Below are positions 22,912 to 32,808 of a DNA stretch of 34,903 nt, in pieces (positions within the stretch are counted from its first letter, which is position 1; each line of letters starts with the position of its first letter). The notes below the pieces were generated by a model. That model saw only the letters and a program-made list of their open reading frames with translations. It searched no databases and was not told where the DNA came from. The position numbers were made by a program, and so were the translations under genes. Origin of the DNA: Candidatus Parcubacteria bacterium (GTDB taxonomy: Bacteria > Patescibacteriota > Minisyncoccia > Phycocordibacterales > UBA918); contig JBJOPW010000012.1 of assembly GCA_046050355.1 (NCBI GenBank), positions 1-34,903 of the forward strand, read 5' to 3'.

Positions 22912-24615
22912 TTACTCCCGTGACCGAGCGAGTGTACTGGTTGGGGTTAAGTACTCGCTCCGATTTTGTACCATCCACTCCATTACCCCACCCATGATGC
23001 GTGTTGCTCCAAGCGCGTTACTGCGGGGGGCTTTATCCATCATCAGGATAAAAGCGTAGCGCGGTTCTTCGTACGGCCAGAAGCCTGCTGCCCAGGAGTT
23101 GACGTAGGCATTCCCTGCTCCAATTTCAGCCGTACCGGATTTAGCCGCCACGGCTACATCCTGACGCTCGAGTCCACGTGCGGTTCCGCCAGGATAGATA
23201 ACAGTCTTGCGCATCCCTTCATGTACGATTTGCAGATAGTCTTGATTTAACCCAAGATCAGTCGAGCTACTGACGTGACCTTTGATTACGTGAGGCGTGA
23301 GGAGCTTCCCGCCATTAGCGAGCGCAGCATAGGCACGCAACATCTGGAGCGGTGTCACTTGAAAACCATATTGTCCGATTGACGTGAAATACGTATCACC
23401 AAGACGCCAATCGTCGTTAAATGTCTGTTTTTTCCAAGCCGGGTCTGGTACGACACCCTCTTGTTCGGTGGCGAGATTAATGCCGGTTATACTTCCCATA
23501 CCAAACTTGCGATAATATTCGGCAAGCTTGGTGATACCAAGACCCTTTTGATCACCAAAACCACCGCCCACGATATAAAAGTAGACATTCGAAGAAAACG
23601 CAATGGCTTCACGCATGGTCATCACACCATGAGCACGCCAGTCACGGAAGATAGATGGTTGATCAGGATTGTACGGATTTGGAACAACTAGTTCACCTGT
23701 TGAAACTATCTCTTTATTTGGACTGATAATTCCTTCAGCCAACGCACCGTAGGCTACAAACGGCTTTACTATTGAACCCGGGGTATAGACACCACTGACG
23801 ACTTTATTCAGAAATGGCAAACGATCATCTGTATTGTATGAAGCGATCAAATCAGTATTGTCCCCGTCTGCCATGACCTCTGGATCGTAGGATGGGAAGC
23901 TCGTCATAGCGATAATCTCACCGGTATGTACATCCATAATTGCTCCGGCTCCACTACGAAAACCAGCCTGTGCACTTGATGTCGCAATAATCTGATACAT
24001 TGCTTCTGAGAGACCGGCGTCAACAGACAAGTGGAGCTCTCCGCCTGGTATCGGAGCTTTTAGCGCATGTTCACCCACTACAGTTCCATGGACGTCTGCT
24101 TCAATAATTTGTTCCCCATTCTGGCCATGAAGATAGGACTCGAAGGCGCTTTCAACCCCGGTACGACCAACGTACTCAGTGCGAAAATAAAAACCCTTAT
24201 TATCTTTTTGCGGATAACTAACGTACCCAATCAGTTGCCCCATGCCGAGACGGTCGGTATACGCGCGCACCGGAAACGAATATTGTCCACTAAAATCTGG
24301 TTCATTCCATATCACCATTTCACCTTGACGGTCATATACCACACCACGTTCAGCGATAATAACGGTACGATTCAAACTATTATTTTCACTAATCTCACGG
24401 TACGTTACACCCTCTACTATTTGGAGCGTATAAATACGAGACAAAAATGCCAATGCAATCAATCCAAAAATGAGCCCCACTAAAAAAATACTTCGTGGAG
24501 TAATTGGCAGCTCACGCCGCCCTTCCAGCCGACCGGTGTTAAATGCCGGCAAGTTTGATACGTCCATGAGAATTTCATCAAACTCTACTGGTTGTTGTTT
24601 TTTGTGACGCCACAT
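22912..24615 (-). CDS. mrdA: Penicillin-binding protein 2
   Basis: AERGVVYDR, YTPGSIVK, SSN, KSGTAE; follows mreBCD. Confidence 0.92.
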   Translation of the reverse strand: MWRHKKQQPVEFDEILMDVSNLPAFNTGRLEGRRELPITPRSIFLVGLIFGLIALAFLSRIYTLQIVEGVTYREISENNSLNRTVIIAERGVVYDRQGEMVIWNEPDFSGQYSFPVRAYTDRLGMGQLIGYVSYPQKDNKGFYFRTEYVGRTGVESAFESYLHGQNGEQIIEADVHGTVVGEHALKAPIPGGELHLSVDAGLSEAMYQIIATSSAQAGFRSGAGAIMDVHTGEIIAMTSFPSYDPEVMADGDNTDLIASYNTDDRLPFLNKVVSGVYTPGSIVKPFVAYGALAEGIISPNKEIVSTGELVVPNPYNPDQPSIFRDWRAHGVMTMREAIAFSSNVYFYIVGGGFGDQKGLGITKLAEYYRKFGMGSITGINLATEQEGVVPDPAWKKQTFNDDWRLGDTYFTSIGQYGFQVTPLQMLRAYAALANGGKLLTPHVIKGHVSSSTDLGLNQDYLQIVHEGMRKTVIYPGGTARGLERQDVAVAAKSGTAEIGAGNAYVNSWAAGFWPYEEPRYAFILMMDKAPRSNALGATRIMGGVMEWMVQNRSEYLTPTSTLARSRE

Positions 24616-24620
24616 AAATA

Positions 24621-24884
24621 CTATTCGGTGATCTCACGTCGCCGTATAAATGGCTGGGCAACTAAACCAAAACATACAATGATGGTGAGAACTGTAGTGT
24701 ACCAAAAAGTAATTGGTTCTGGCGAAAAATAACAATCAATACAAAATGCTAGTGCAATATATTCGTAGGCCGCAAAGCGTAAGCTTAAAATCGCCACCAG
24801 CACACACCCGACAAAATACAAGCCATAGAGAAAGCAGAGAGTGGTAAGTATAAAGAATATAATACGAAAAGGCCACCTGATCAT
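24621..24884 (-). CDS. Short membrane protein in the MreD position
   Basis: 87 aa, almost entirely hydrophobic, GxxxD-like AFCID; lies between mreC and mrdA. Confidence 0.6.
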   Translation of the reverse strand: MIRWPFRIIFFILTTLCFLYGLYFVGCVLVAILSLRFAAYEYIALAFCIDCYFSPEPITFWYTTVLTIIVCFGLVAQPFIRRREITE

Positions 24885-25849
24885 AGTGAGGTTGCGGTAG
24901 TAGCAGTTGGTGATGTACTGCTGGTTTCTGGTGAACTTGAGGCGACCTCAGGGGTTACCAGTACTCCCGGTGGCAAATTGACTTTAAAGAGTGACGTCTG
25001 CAGCCCGTCAACCAACGCCTCTGCCTCTTCATACGAATGGGGTACAATCGGTTCGCGACCAACCGAAACATATTGGACACTTTGTAGGTTTTGTTTCATC
25101 GGTACATAGCCATACTGTTCTGGTTGTGTTGGTGATGTCTCGATATATGCAATTGTACCGTACACCCCAGAATCAATAGCTGGCAAAATCACTGTATCAC
25201 CCACTCCCAGTGGTATCCCTTGCGGGACAACCACTCGCATCATGCCACCACCCACACCTTCGGCATACGTATAGATATTGGGGCCAATAATATAGGCCAT
25301 TGATTCAAATTTCGCAGTGGAGACCAACGTGACCAGTGCGGTTTTTTCATAGACACGCGAAACATAACCAATAATCTGGTCACTGCCAATAAACACCGGA
25401 GCATCGGCTATCACATCATGAATACGACCACGATCAAGCATGATTACGTCATACGGCAATTTCGGCGGACGGCCAACAACACGTGCGATCACTCGCTCAT
25501 TTGGTACCGCCTCACAGAGTTGTCGAAATTGTTCATTCTCAGCTTTGAGTTTTGTGAGGGTATTTTCAGTACCGCCACTAACCGCTACTTGCTGTTCAAG
25601 CGACTCAATCCGAGAGATAAGCTCGTGCCGATCACGAAGATAATATGGTAATGAATCCTGTGATTCGAGTACCCATAATCGTAGGGATTCGAAAGGATAG
25701 AGGGCTACCGCAACTACCCCAAATACCAATCTCGGGACAATATACAAAAGCATTACTCCGATGAGTAAAAAGAGAAATACCCAACGTACCCCTTTAGGTA
25801 AGAAGGGTTGGCGAGAGCTCGCCTTCTTTGTCGATAAGTAATTCTTCAT
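24881..25849 (-). CDS. mreC: Rod shape-determining protein MreC
   Basis: TM, LKAENEQFRQL coiled coil, ARVVGRPP...YD.IMLDRG, IGYVSRV; downstream of mreB; start uncertain. Confidence 0.88.
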   Translation of the reverse strand: MKNYLSTKKASSRQPFLPKGVRWVFLFLLIGVMLLYIVPRLVFGVVAVALYPFESLRLWVLESQDSLPYYLRDRHELISRIESLEQQVAVSGGTENTLTKLKAENEQFRQLCEAVPNERVIARVVGRPPKLPYDVIMLDRGRIHDVIADAPVFIGSDQIIGYVSRVYEKTALVTLVSTAKFESMAYIIGPNIYTYAEGVGGGMMRVVVPQGIPLGVGDTVILPAIDSGVYGTIAYIETSPTQPEQYGYVPMKQNLQSVQYVSVGREPIVPHSYEEAEALVDGLQTSLFKVNLPPGVLVTPEVASSSPETSSTSPTATTATSL

Positions 25850-26870
25850 ATTGCTCCAAATTTTCGATAACGATTCCGGCTCCGCGAATAACCGCGCGTA
25901 GTGGATCGGGCACAATAATCACTGGAACTTCAAGCACCTCCTCAAGGAGCTGCTTGAGGCCCGGGATAAGCGCCCCACCACCTGATATATGTATACCACG
26001 CTGCATAATGTCTGCCATTACTTCTGGGGGCGTTTGTTCTAACACAGCCCGTACTGATTCCACAATCGTATCAACTTGTGTCGCGATCGCATCGCGAACA
26101 TCACTGTCGGTAATAATAACTTCTCGGGGTAGGCCGGTAATGACATCACGCCCGCGCACGACATGCTCCTTCCCTCCCTCTGGCGCTTCAATGGCAGCGA
26201 GGAGGATTTTGACATCTTCAGCGGTTTTCTCTCCGACATACACCTTAAACTGGTCGCGGATATAGGACATGATAGCAGCGGTGAGATGGTCTCCAGCGAC
26301 GCGGAGATTCTTCGCGACGACAATACCATTAATCGAAATCACGGCGATATCAGTGGTGCCACCACCAATATCAATAATCATGTTACCAGCCGCCTTGCCA
26401 ATCGGGAGCTTCGCACCAATGGCGGCCGCCATCGGTTCTTCGATGAGGAAGACCTCGCGCGCACCAGCATTGCGCGCCGCGTCGCGCGCCGCGCGCATCT
26501 CAACATTCGTGATACCTGACGGTACACCCACTAAGACCCGCGGTGCAATAAAGGTGCGCATTTCACTTCGCACTTTGTTGATGAGGTAGGCAAGCATTTC
26601 TTCGGTCACCTCAAAGTCTGAAATCACGCCATCAACGAGCGGACGCACCACTTCAATATGGCTTGGCGTACGCCCTTGCATAGCGCGGGCTTCGTTCCCT
26701 ACTGCGACCAATTGTCCGGTCTTTTTGTTGATAGCCACGATGGTTGGTTCATTGAGCACAATACCCTTACCCTTCACATACATGAGGGTATTCGCCGTAC
26801 CAAGATCAATACCGATGTCTGTGGAGAAAGATCCAAGGATCTTTTGAATAAAGCGCGACATTTTAGCCAT
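25794..26870 (-). CDS. mreB: Rod shape-determining protein MreB
   Basis: IGIDLGTANT, RPLVDGVISDF, IEEPMAAAIGA, IDIGGGTTDIA, GGGAL. Confidence 0.97.
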   Translation of the reverse strand: MAKMSRFIQKILGSFSTDIGIDLGTANTLMYVKGKGIVLNEPTIVAINKKTGQLVAVGNEARAMQGRTPSHIEVVRPLVDGVISDFEVTEEMLAYLINKVRSEMRTFIAPRVLVGVPSGITNVEMRAARDAARNAGAREVFLIEEPMAAAIGAKLPIGKAAGNMIIDIGGGTTDIAVISINGIVVAKNLRVAGDHLTAAIMSYIRDQFKVYVGEKTAEDVKILLAAIEAPEGGKEHVVRGRDVITGLPREVIITDSDVRDAIATQVDTIVESVRAVLEQTPPEVMADIMQRGIHISGGGALIPGLKQLLEEVLEVPVIIVPDPLRAVIRGAGIVIENLEQYEELLIDKEGELSPTLLT

Positions 26871-26871
26871 A

Positions 26872-28134
26872 CTAGACGGAGGCGACTCCAAGGAGCGCAA
26901 ACAATTCGGTTTCACTTACCTTCTTCACCTCGCCAGTGGCACGTTCGACAACTTCGTAGAGTCCTTCGGCTTTACCCTTTTTACTCACGACCACACGGTA
27001 TGGAAGACCAATGAGGTCACTATCGGCAAACTTCTCTCCCGCTCGCGCATCGCGGTCATCGTAGAGCACTTCTACCCCGGCCGCTTTGAGGTTCGCATAC
27101 AGACCATCCGCCCAGTCGCGAATTTCTCCTTCTTCGATATTGAGTGCAACGAGGTGGACGAGGTATGGCGCAACTGCACGAGGCCAGACAATACCCTTCT
27201 CGTCTGCAAACTTTTCAACCAGCACACCAATGAGTCGAGTCACGCCAATACCGTATGAACCCATCCAAACTGGGACATCATTCCCAGATGAGTCTTTCAT
27301 GGTTAATCCCAAATCAGTCGCTTTCTGCTGGCCAAAGTTAAAGATATTACCCACTTCTGCGGTAGTGACTTTGGTGAGTTCATCCGCACTGACTCCAAGA
27401 CTGGCAAGGGTTTCGTCATTGAGGACTTCCTCATTGATGGCAATACCCTTTTCGCGATTGATGTAAGTGATATCTTCACCTGCTTCACAGATGGTTTGAA
27501 ACTCATGTGAGAACTTGGTAAAAGCACCGCCGGCAGCAAAGGTCACAAATGTATCCTCCCCAATACCAAGTCGTTCAAACACTTTCATGTACGCCGGCTT
27601 AGTTGATTCGTAGTAGGCCATGTGACTCGCTTCATCTGCAGCAAACGAGTACATATCTTTCATAATGAACTCGCGACCACGCATCACTCCACTCTTGGCT
27701 CGCATTTCGTTGCGTAACTTTGTTTGAAATTGGTACACCGAAATTGGCAGATCTTTATAGCTCGTGATGTAGTTTTTTATCATCTCGCCAATTGGTTCTT
27801 CGTGACTCCACCCAAAACCAACTTCACCACCAGCTTTGAGTTCGGACTTAAACCATACATCAACCACATCATCAGCCCAGCGCCCGGTACTCTCCCACAA
27901 CTCTTTGCGCTGAAGTGCGGTCATGATCAGTTCCTGACCGTCAATCGCATTCATTTCTTCACGAACGATTTGTTTGATTTTATCTTGGACGCGTAACCCG
28001 AGGGGAAGGTACGAGTATACTCCAGCCATTTCTTTGGCAATATACCCCGCTCGGATAAGGAGCTGGGCGTTCTTGGCCACTTCGTCTGCTGGTGCTTCTT
28101 TGCGTGTTTTTGTAAAGAGTTTTGACTGGCGCAT
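26872..28134 (-). CDS. proS: Proline--tRNA ligase (short form without an editing insertion)
   Basis: MRQSKLF, LLIRAG, AGVYSYLPLG, RGREFIMKDMYSF, EVGNIFNFG, MGSYGIGVTR, DDRDARAGEKFADSDLIG. Confidence 0.96.
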   Translation of the reverse strand: MRQSKLFTKTRKEAPADEVAKNAQLLIRAGYIAKEMAGVYSYLPLGLRVQDKIKQIVREEMNAIDGQELIMTALQRKELWESTGRWADDVVDVWFKSELKAGGEVGFGWSHEEPIGEMIKNYITSYKDLPISVYQFQTKLRNEMRAKSGVMRGREFIMKDMYSFAADEASHMAYYESTKPAYMKVFERLGIGEDTFVTFAAGGAFTKFSHEFQTICEAGEDITYINREKGIAINEEVLNDETLASLGVSADELTKVTTAEVGNIFNFGQQKATDLGLTMKDSSGNDVPVWMGSYGIGVTRLIGVLVEKFADEKGIVWPRAVAPYLVHLVALNIEEGEIRDWADGLYANLKAAGVEVLYDDRDARAGEKFADSDLIGLPYRVVVSKKGKAEGLYEVVERATGEVKKVSETELFALLGVASV

Positions 28135-28313
28135 AAAAATCCCCTATTACCTCCGAATAAGTCTAGGAAGTGTATCACATCCACAAATTAATGGCCAAAA
28201 TATAGTGATAAATCAATGAGGCATAGCCACCCCCAACCGAAAAACCTTCGGTTGGGGTTTTTCGGTTACCTTATCCTATGGACATTACTTGGCATTATCT
28301 CAAATAATATCAT

Positions 28314-28345
28314 TTCTCTTTCTATCATATATGATAGAAAGAGAA
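28314..28345. promoter_or_regulatory. Perfect 32-bp palindrome 1 (candidate operator) abutting the stop of the TrpR-like gene
   Basis: ttctctTTCTATCATA|TATGATAGAAagagaa. Confidence 0.8.
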
Positions 28346-28765
28346 TCATTCTTTTGGCCAAGGAAAAAGTAAAAAATGGAGCGGGTATTTCATTTTGAGA
28401 GCGGTGAGACCAAACGGGTTTTCTTTGGCTATACGCTTTCGCCGCTTCAGAGTTTCAACTTGGACCTCTTTATTTAGATAATCACCATAATCCGGTAGTA
28501 GCCCACGTAGCCACATCTCTACTTTTGCAACGGTGTTCGGTCCCACATGGAGACGAGCACCGATTTCGTCATACCGCTTTTGCTCAAGCAGCATTCGTGA
28601 TATCCAAATTCTTCGACCAAGCATGATTTGTTCACTCGGTGTTAGCAACCCTTCCAAAAATTTCTCTAATTGCTTGTTTGTTTTGGCTGTCTTCGCAGCC
28701 TCAAATAATACCTTACGAGTAAAGAGTTGATCGGCAGCTGATAAATCACTTGGTTTTCTTTTCAT
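28346..28765 (-). CDS. TrpR-like (YerC/YecD) helix-turn-helix repressor with a C-terminal extension
   Basis: FLEGLLTPSEQIMLGRRIWISRML....YDEIGARLHVGPNTVAKV matches TrpR-family LLTxxE...RR...HTH. Confidence 0.85.
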   Translation of the reverse strand: MKRKPSDLSAADQLFTRKVLFEAAKTAKTNKQLEKFLEGLLTPSEQIMLGRRIWISRMLLEQKRYDEIGARLHVGPNTVAKVEMWLRGLLPDYGDYLNKEVQVETLKRRKRIAKENPFGLTALKMKYPLHFLLFPWPKE

Positions 28766-28767
28766 GA

Positions 28768-28797
28768 TTTCATTCTATCATATATGATAGAATGAAA
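28768..28797. promoter_or_regulatory. Perfect 30-bp palindrome 2 containing the extended -10 of the TrpR-like gene
   Basis: tttcaTTCTATCATA|TATGATAGAAtgaaa; the minus strand reads TGaTAGAAT-6 nt-ATG. Confidence 0.82.
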
Positions 28798-28854
28798 GAG
28801 CAAGAAAAGTTAAATATTTTGCAAGTTAATTGTTTGGAGAGTTCAATATTTTAA

Positions 28855-28892
28855 GCAAAAACTTTCTATCATATATGATAGAAAGTTTTTGC
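28855..28892. promoter_or_regulatory. Perfect 38-bp palindrome 3
   Basis: gcaaaaactTTCTATCATA|TATGATAGAAagtttttgc. Confidence 0.8.
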
Positions 28893-29015
28893 GTATCTGT
28901 AGGCTATTTTTTGGTTTTATATTTAAAGTATCAGTTTTTTGGTTATGATTTCAAGTTTGTCGATAGTAGATGGTAATTAGCAATTAGCAGTTGCCGTCAG
29001 TTATTTGTGATCAAA

Positions 29016-30110
29016 CTAAAATAGCTTAAGGATGTCATTGTAAGTAACAACAACCATCAACAGCATCAACGCGGCAAAGCCAAGCAGATTCAAGCGCCCC
29101 GCCCACACTGGATTAATTGGTCGCTTGGTGATAGCTTCAATCGCGACAAAAACCAGTCGTCCCCCATCAAGGGCTGGTACCGGAAGCAGGTTAATAACTG
29201 CCAGGTTGAGTGAAATCACCGCCGTAAAGTACAAGAGTGACGTAAATCCAAACGCCGCCGCCTGTCCCACGTGGTCAACAATGCCAACAGGGCCTGTCAC
29301 TTGTGAGAAGTCGGCTTGTCCAACAATCGCATTACCAAGAAGGATCACGAGACCAACGGTAATTGCCTTGAGCATGTAGATTGTTTGCTTGGTGCCCTCA
29401 ACTATTGCCGCACCAAATGAATACCGTTGGTTTTCGAGGTAGCCGGTATCAATACCGAGAATAGCCTTGTCAGGATTAGCTTTATCGACTCCACGCACCG
29501 GTGTGAGTGTCACTGTCTCTTCCTGGTCATCGGCACGATATGTCAAAGTAATTGGCGCACCATTGCTCGTAGTGACAAAATCTCGGAATGATTCTGGGGT
29601 TGGGTTCGAAAGCACTGCTTCGTCACGACTGACAGATACGATAATAGCCTTCAGTGGCAAATCTTCAGCTGGACTACCAGGTACCGCCCCCAGAATCATG
29701 AGTGGTGTACCGGCCGCAACACTATCAGACCCAACGCGGATAGCGGTCCCCAGCATCAGAATCGCCACAAGTACTACCCAGGCCAATAGTACGTTCATAG
29801 TCACTCCCGCAATGAGCACAACTGCCTGTGCCCACTTCGGACGAGCACTAAAGGTACGTGCCTGGTCAGTCGCAGAGAGGACTTCGCCATCAACGTCACC
29901 ATTCTCACCAAGGATCTTTACAAAGCCACCAATCGGCAGTGCGTTAAGCGAATACACCGTCTCCCCTCGCCGCCATGAAAAGAGCTTTGGTGGAAAGCCG
30001 ATGCCAAATTCATCAACACGCATGCCTGTCCACTTAGCCGTAATAAAATGCCCCCACTCATGAACCAAGATGAGTACAACAAGCACTGCCAAAAATATAA
30101 AAACGGACAT
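29016..30110 (-). CDS. rseP: RIP metalloprotease RseP (M50) with one PDZ domain
   Basis: HEWGH, FGIGFPP, LPIGGFV, AGVTMN, GSPA, GPVGI, NLLPVPALDGG. Confidence 0.95.
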   Translation of the reverse strand: MSVFIFLAVLVVLILVHEWGHFITAKWTGMRVDEFGIGFPPKLFSWRRGETVYSLNALPIGGFVKILGENGDVDGEVLSATDQARTFSARPKWAQAVVLIAGVTMNVLLAWVVLVAILMLGTAIRVGSDSVAAGTPLMILGAVPGSPAEDLPLKAIIVSVSRDEAVLSNPTPESFRDFVTTSNGAPITLTYRADDQEETVTLTPVRGVDKANPDKAILGIDTGYLENQRYSFGAAIVEGTKQTIYMLKAITVGLVILLGNAIVGQADFSQVTGPVGIVDHVGQAAAFGFTSLLYFTAVISLNLAVINLLPVPALDGGRLVFVAIEAITKRPINPVWAGRLNLLGFAALMLLMVVVTYNDILKLF

Positions 30111-30128
30111 GATTGTGAGAATTAGTGA

Positions 30129-30671
30129 TTAACGAGAAATTTCAGTTTCTTTTTCGGTAAAGCGCGCTTCCAGGGCTCGGTTGGTAGCATCAACGATTTT
30201 TTGAGCTTCTTCTTTGGCAGCAAACTTATCATCCTGACTCAGATCACCAGACTTTTCAGCGGCATCAATCGCCTTCATGACGTCGTCACGAACCGCCTTG
30301 ACTGATACGCGTGCATCTTCGAGTTTACTCTTAGCTAGCTTCACTAATTGTTGCCGACGTTCACCAGTGAGTTCTGGGAAGATGACCCGCACTCCCGAAC
30401 TATCAGTCATTACCGATAAACCAAGATCAGCGTCAGTAATAGCCTTTTCCACCGCCTTTACCTGCGTCGCATCCCAGGGTGATATCCGGAGCGTGCGAGC
30501 ATCTTCAACACCAACTGAGCCCACCTGATTAAGTGGTAACAGAGCGCCATAACTTTCGACACGGACACCATCAAGAAGCGCTGGTGTTGCTTGACCAGTA
30601 CGTATCGTTGAAAACTCTTTATCAAGCCATTCAATAATTTCCGTAAAGCGCTTTTTTTCAATCTCATCCAT
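30129..30671 (-). CDS. frr: Ribosome recycling factor
   Basis: IRTGQATPALLD, SYG, DARTLRISPWD, FPELTGERR; start at MDEIEK preferred. Confidence 0.96.
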   Translation of the reverse strand: MDEIEKKRFTEIIEWLDKEFSTIRTGQATPALLDGVRVESYGALLPLNQVGSVGVEDARTLRISPWDATQVKAVEKAITDADLGLSVMTDSSGVRVIFPELTGERRQQLVKLAKSKLEDARVSVKAVRDDVMKAIDAAEKSGDLSQDDKFAAKEEAQKIVDATNRALEARFTEKETEISR

Positions 30672-30713
30672 ATTTTTTGGTCTAATTACTAGGTGGAGTG
30701 AGTATACCACAAA

Positions 30714-31334
30714 TTACTGTTTTGATACGACGGGTATGGTGAGCGCGAGGTGCTCCCATATCATTTTCTTAGCTGCTCCTTTTTGCCGCAGGAAACGGAG
30801 AGCTGCTTCAATATCTTTGAGTATGGAAAGCTCAGTCATTGTTGGTACGTATGAAACTAGTCCATCGTACAATTCGTCATATTCTTCGTCAGCTTTACGC
30901 TTCGCTATATCAGCAATGAGTTCGAGACGCTCTTTTATTGATGTCGTCAGGAAAGTCAAAAAACGTGATGTTGATTCTGAACCGCCATCTCGAGACTCTT
31001 CAACAATAACCCGAGACAACACGGTAGGTAGTAAACCTGCGAGGGTAGGCACGATAATCAAAAAAACCGTAGTTGCTGGTGGTTCTTCTAGTACCTTCAA
31101 GAGTGCGTGTTGAGCTTCACGATTAATAGTGCGCGTCGCAATCGCAATCATTCGTTTGGGATGTGAGTCTGGGGTTTGATACGCATAGACGATGATCCGC
31201 CGCACGTCCTCAATTGTTAGTGATGGGACTGCGTATGGCACCATTTCTGCGTCTTGGCGAACGCTTTCTTCTAGTGTGCTGAGAGCTTTGACAGGATCAG
31301 CAGCAAGACGGATGACCGCATGATGAGAAACCAT
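30714..31334 (-). CDS. holB: Truncated DNA polymerase III delta-prime-like protein
   Basis: IEDVR, EAQHALLKVLEEPP, LLPTVLSR; no N-terminal P-loop or zinc-finger region. Confidence 0.72.
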   Translation of the reverse strand: MVSHHAVIRLAADPVKALSTLEESVRQDAEMVPYAVPSLTIEDVRRIIVYAYQTPDSHPKRMIAIATRTINREAQHALLKVLEEPPATTVFLIIVPTLAGLLPTVLSRVIVEESRDGGSESTSRFLTFLTTSIKERLELIADIAKRKADEEYDELYDGLVSYVPTMTELSILKDIEAALRFLRQKGAAKKMIWEHLALTIPVVSKQ

Positions 31335-31341
31335 GTGGTTA

Positions 31342-32808
31342 TTATGCCCCACGCCGTCGTGTTTGTGAATCAATAATGTGACGAATTACCCGTCGCAAGA
31401 AATGTTCAAAGGTCTCCTCTTGTTCGTAGATAATCCCCTGTTCGTAGCGCCACCCGTTCATATAATCGGTAATACTCTGTCGAATCTCAGCCGTAGCGCC
31501 CTCAAAACGACCAGACAGAATAAGTGGCATCGGGAGATTGGCGAGCTTTTGGAAAAGTGGGTGTTGTCTCCCTTTTGGTCCTGAACCAAATACCCCACTC
31601 TTACGGAAGAGTGTCCACTCACTTAACAACTGCTCTAATCCGAGATCAACATCGGGATCAGCCAGTGGGTCAGTGTTTCCAGATCGTGCCTTTACCTCAG
31701 CGGCGGTTGGTAGATCGTGAGGTGTTTTTAGCGGGGCTTGGGCGGTTACTGGTATAACTGTTTTGGCTCGCGCGACAGTCATGTCTACTGGAGCAACGGG
31801 TGGTACAGCATCGCGTACAGGCACCGCGGGGATGATGCGTGGACGACTCTCAACAGTTGCAACTCCCTCGTCCATGGTCAGCACTGGAATCGTAGCAGCG
31901 TTAACTGGTATCGATGCCACAGACTGCTCTACCAAAGCGGCTTTTGGGATCTCTGTAACTGTCTCCGGTGCAGGAATATTCGAATTGATAAGCCGTTCTA
32001 CGTCTTTAACTACCAACTCCAATTTTGCCATGGGGGTAGCAACTTCCCCGCCACCGCCAGATACGGCCTTCATCGCTTCGAGTAGTGCTGCCATATAAGC
32101 TCGACCAACCGCATTATCAAGATCAACCAGATTAACCGGGTTACCGACCTTTTGATTGATGAACTGCTTAATTTCTGTAATACGGTTGCGGTAGGTATCG
32201 AGGGTGTGGTCTTCTTGATACGGTGGACGAAATTCTGTACTGGCTACTGGCACCGGTGCTATATCAGCTAGTTTCTCATCTACTATTGCTTTAGGCACCA
32301 TTTCTGTCGATGTAATACTAGTAGGTACAACCTCTGACTTCTCAGTACTCAAGGTATCTGGAGTAGCTGCCTCTGGTTTTTGTGTATCAACTTTTGTGGA
32401 CGAAGTAACCGCTGCTACGGTTGATGCTGATGGCGTACCGGCATGACGAACCGCTGTTGGTATAGCAAAAAATGGCACCGGTCGACTATGACCTAGTTTA
32501 GTGGCAAGACGTAAAGGGGCAACGTTGCTACTGCCCACAGCAAGCACTGGTGGGGTAGCCGGCATTGGTGTTACGGTAGTTTCGGTGTGATGTGCCGGTG
32601 TGAGTGTTTGTAGTTTGGTTGTAATAGTTGATCTGAGTGTTGTGTCGGTACTATCTTGCGTAAAGGCAAAAATCAAATCACGCAACTCGTTTTTTTCTTC
32701 TCGAGAGATGCTACTAGCACGAACTACCGCTAAGGCAGCCGCCATACCAGTGTCACTATCCAAATCAAAAACGACATCAGTCGTCAGAGAACGCACGTCC
32801 TGAACCAT
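31342..32808 (-). CDS. Hypothetical protein: three globular blocks joined by Pro/Thr/Ala-rich linkers
   Basis: 488-aa ORF co-oriented with the backbone; TGgTACTAT -10 lies 10 nt before the ATG. Confidence 0.75.
   Translation of the reverse strand: MVQDVRSLTTDVVFDLDSDTGMAAALAVVRASSISREEKNELRDLIFAFTQDSTDTTLRSTITTKLQTLTPAHHTETTVTPMPATPPVLAVGSSNVAPLRLATKLGHSRPVPFFAIPTAVRHAGTPSASTVAAVTSSTKVDTQKPEAATPDTLSTEKSEVVPTSITSTEMVPKAIVDEKLADIAPVPVASTEFRPPYQEDHTLDTYRNRITEIKQFINQKVGNPVNLVDLDNAVGRAYMAALLEAMKAVSGGGGEVATPMAKLELVVKDVERLINSNIPAPETVTEIPKAALVEQSVASIPVNAATIPVLTMDEGVATVESRPRIIPAVPVRDAVPPVAPVDMTVARAKTVIPVTAQAPLKTPHDLPTAAEVKARSGNTDPLADPDVDLGLEQLLSEWTLFRKSGVFGSGPKGRQHPLFQKLANLPMPLILSGRFEGATAEIRQSITDYMNGWRYEQGIIYEQEETFEHFLRRVIRHIIDSQTRRRGA

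Noticed and set aside
25794-25915. Long mreB/mreC overlap as a frameshift or recoding signal
   Set aside because: Both proteins look complete; the overlap shrinks to 56 nt or less with a later start, and no slippery site is evident.
28140-28310. T-box riboswitch upstream of proS
   Set aside because: No T-box consensus or stem I motifs seen, and a -10 lies only about 40 nt before the start.
28314-28892. dif site, hairpin-telomere site or CRISPR remnant as an explanation for the palindromes
   Set aside because: No XerC/XerD arm consensus, no resolvase gene and irregular spacing; association with a TrpR-like gene is the simpler reading.
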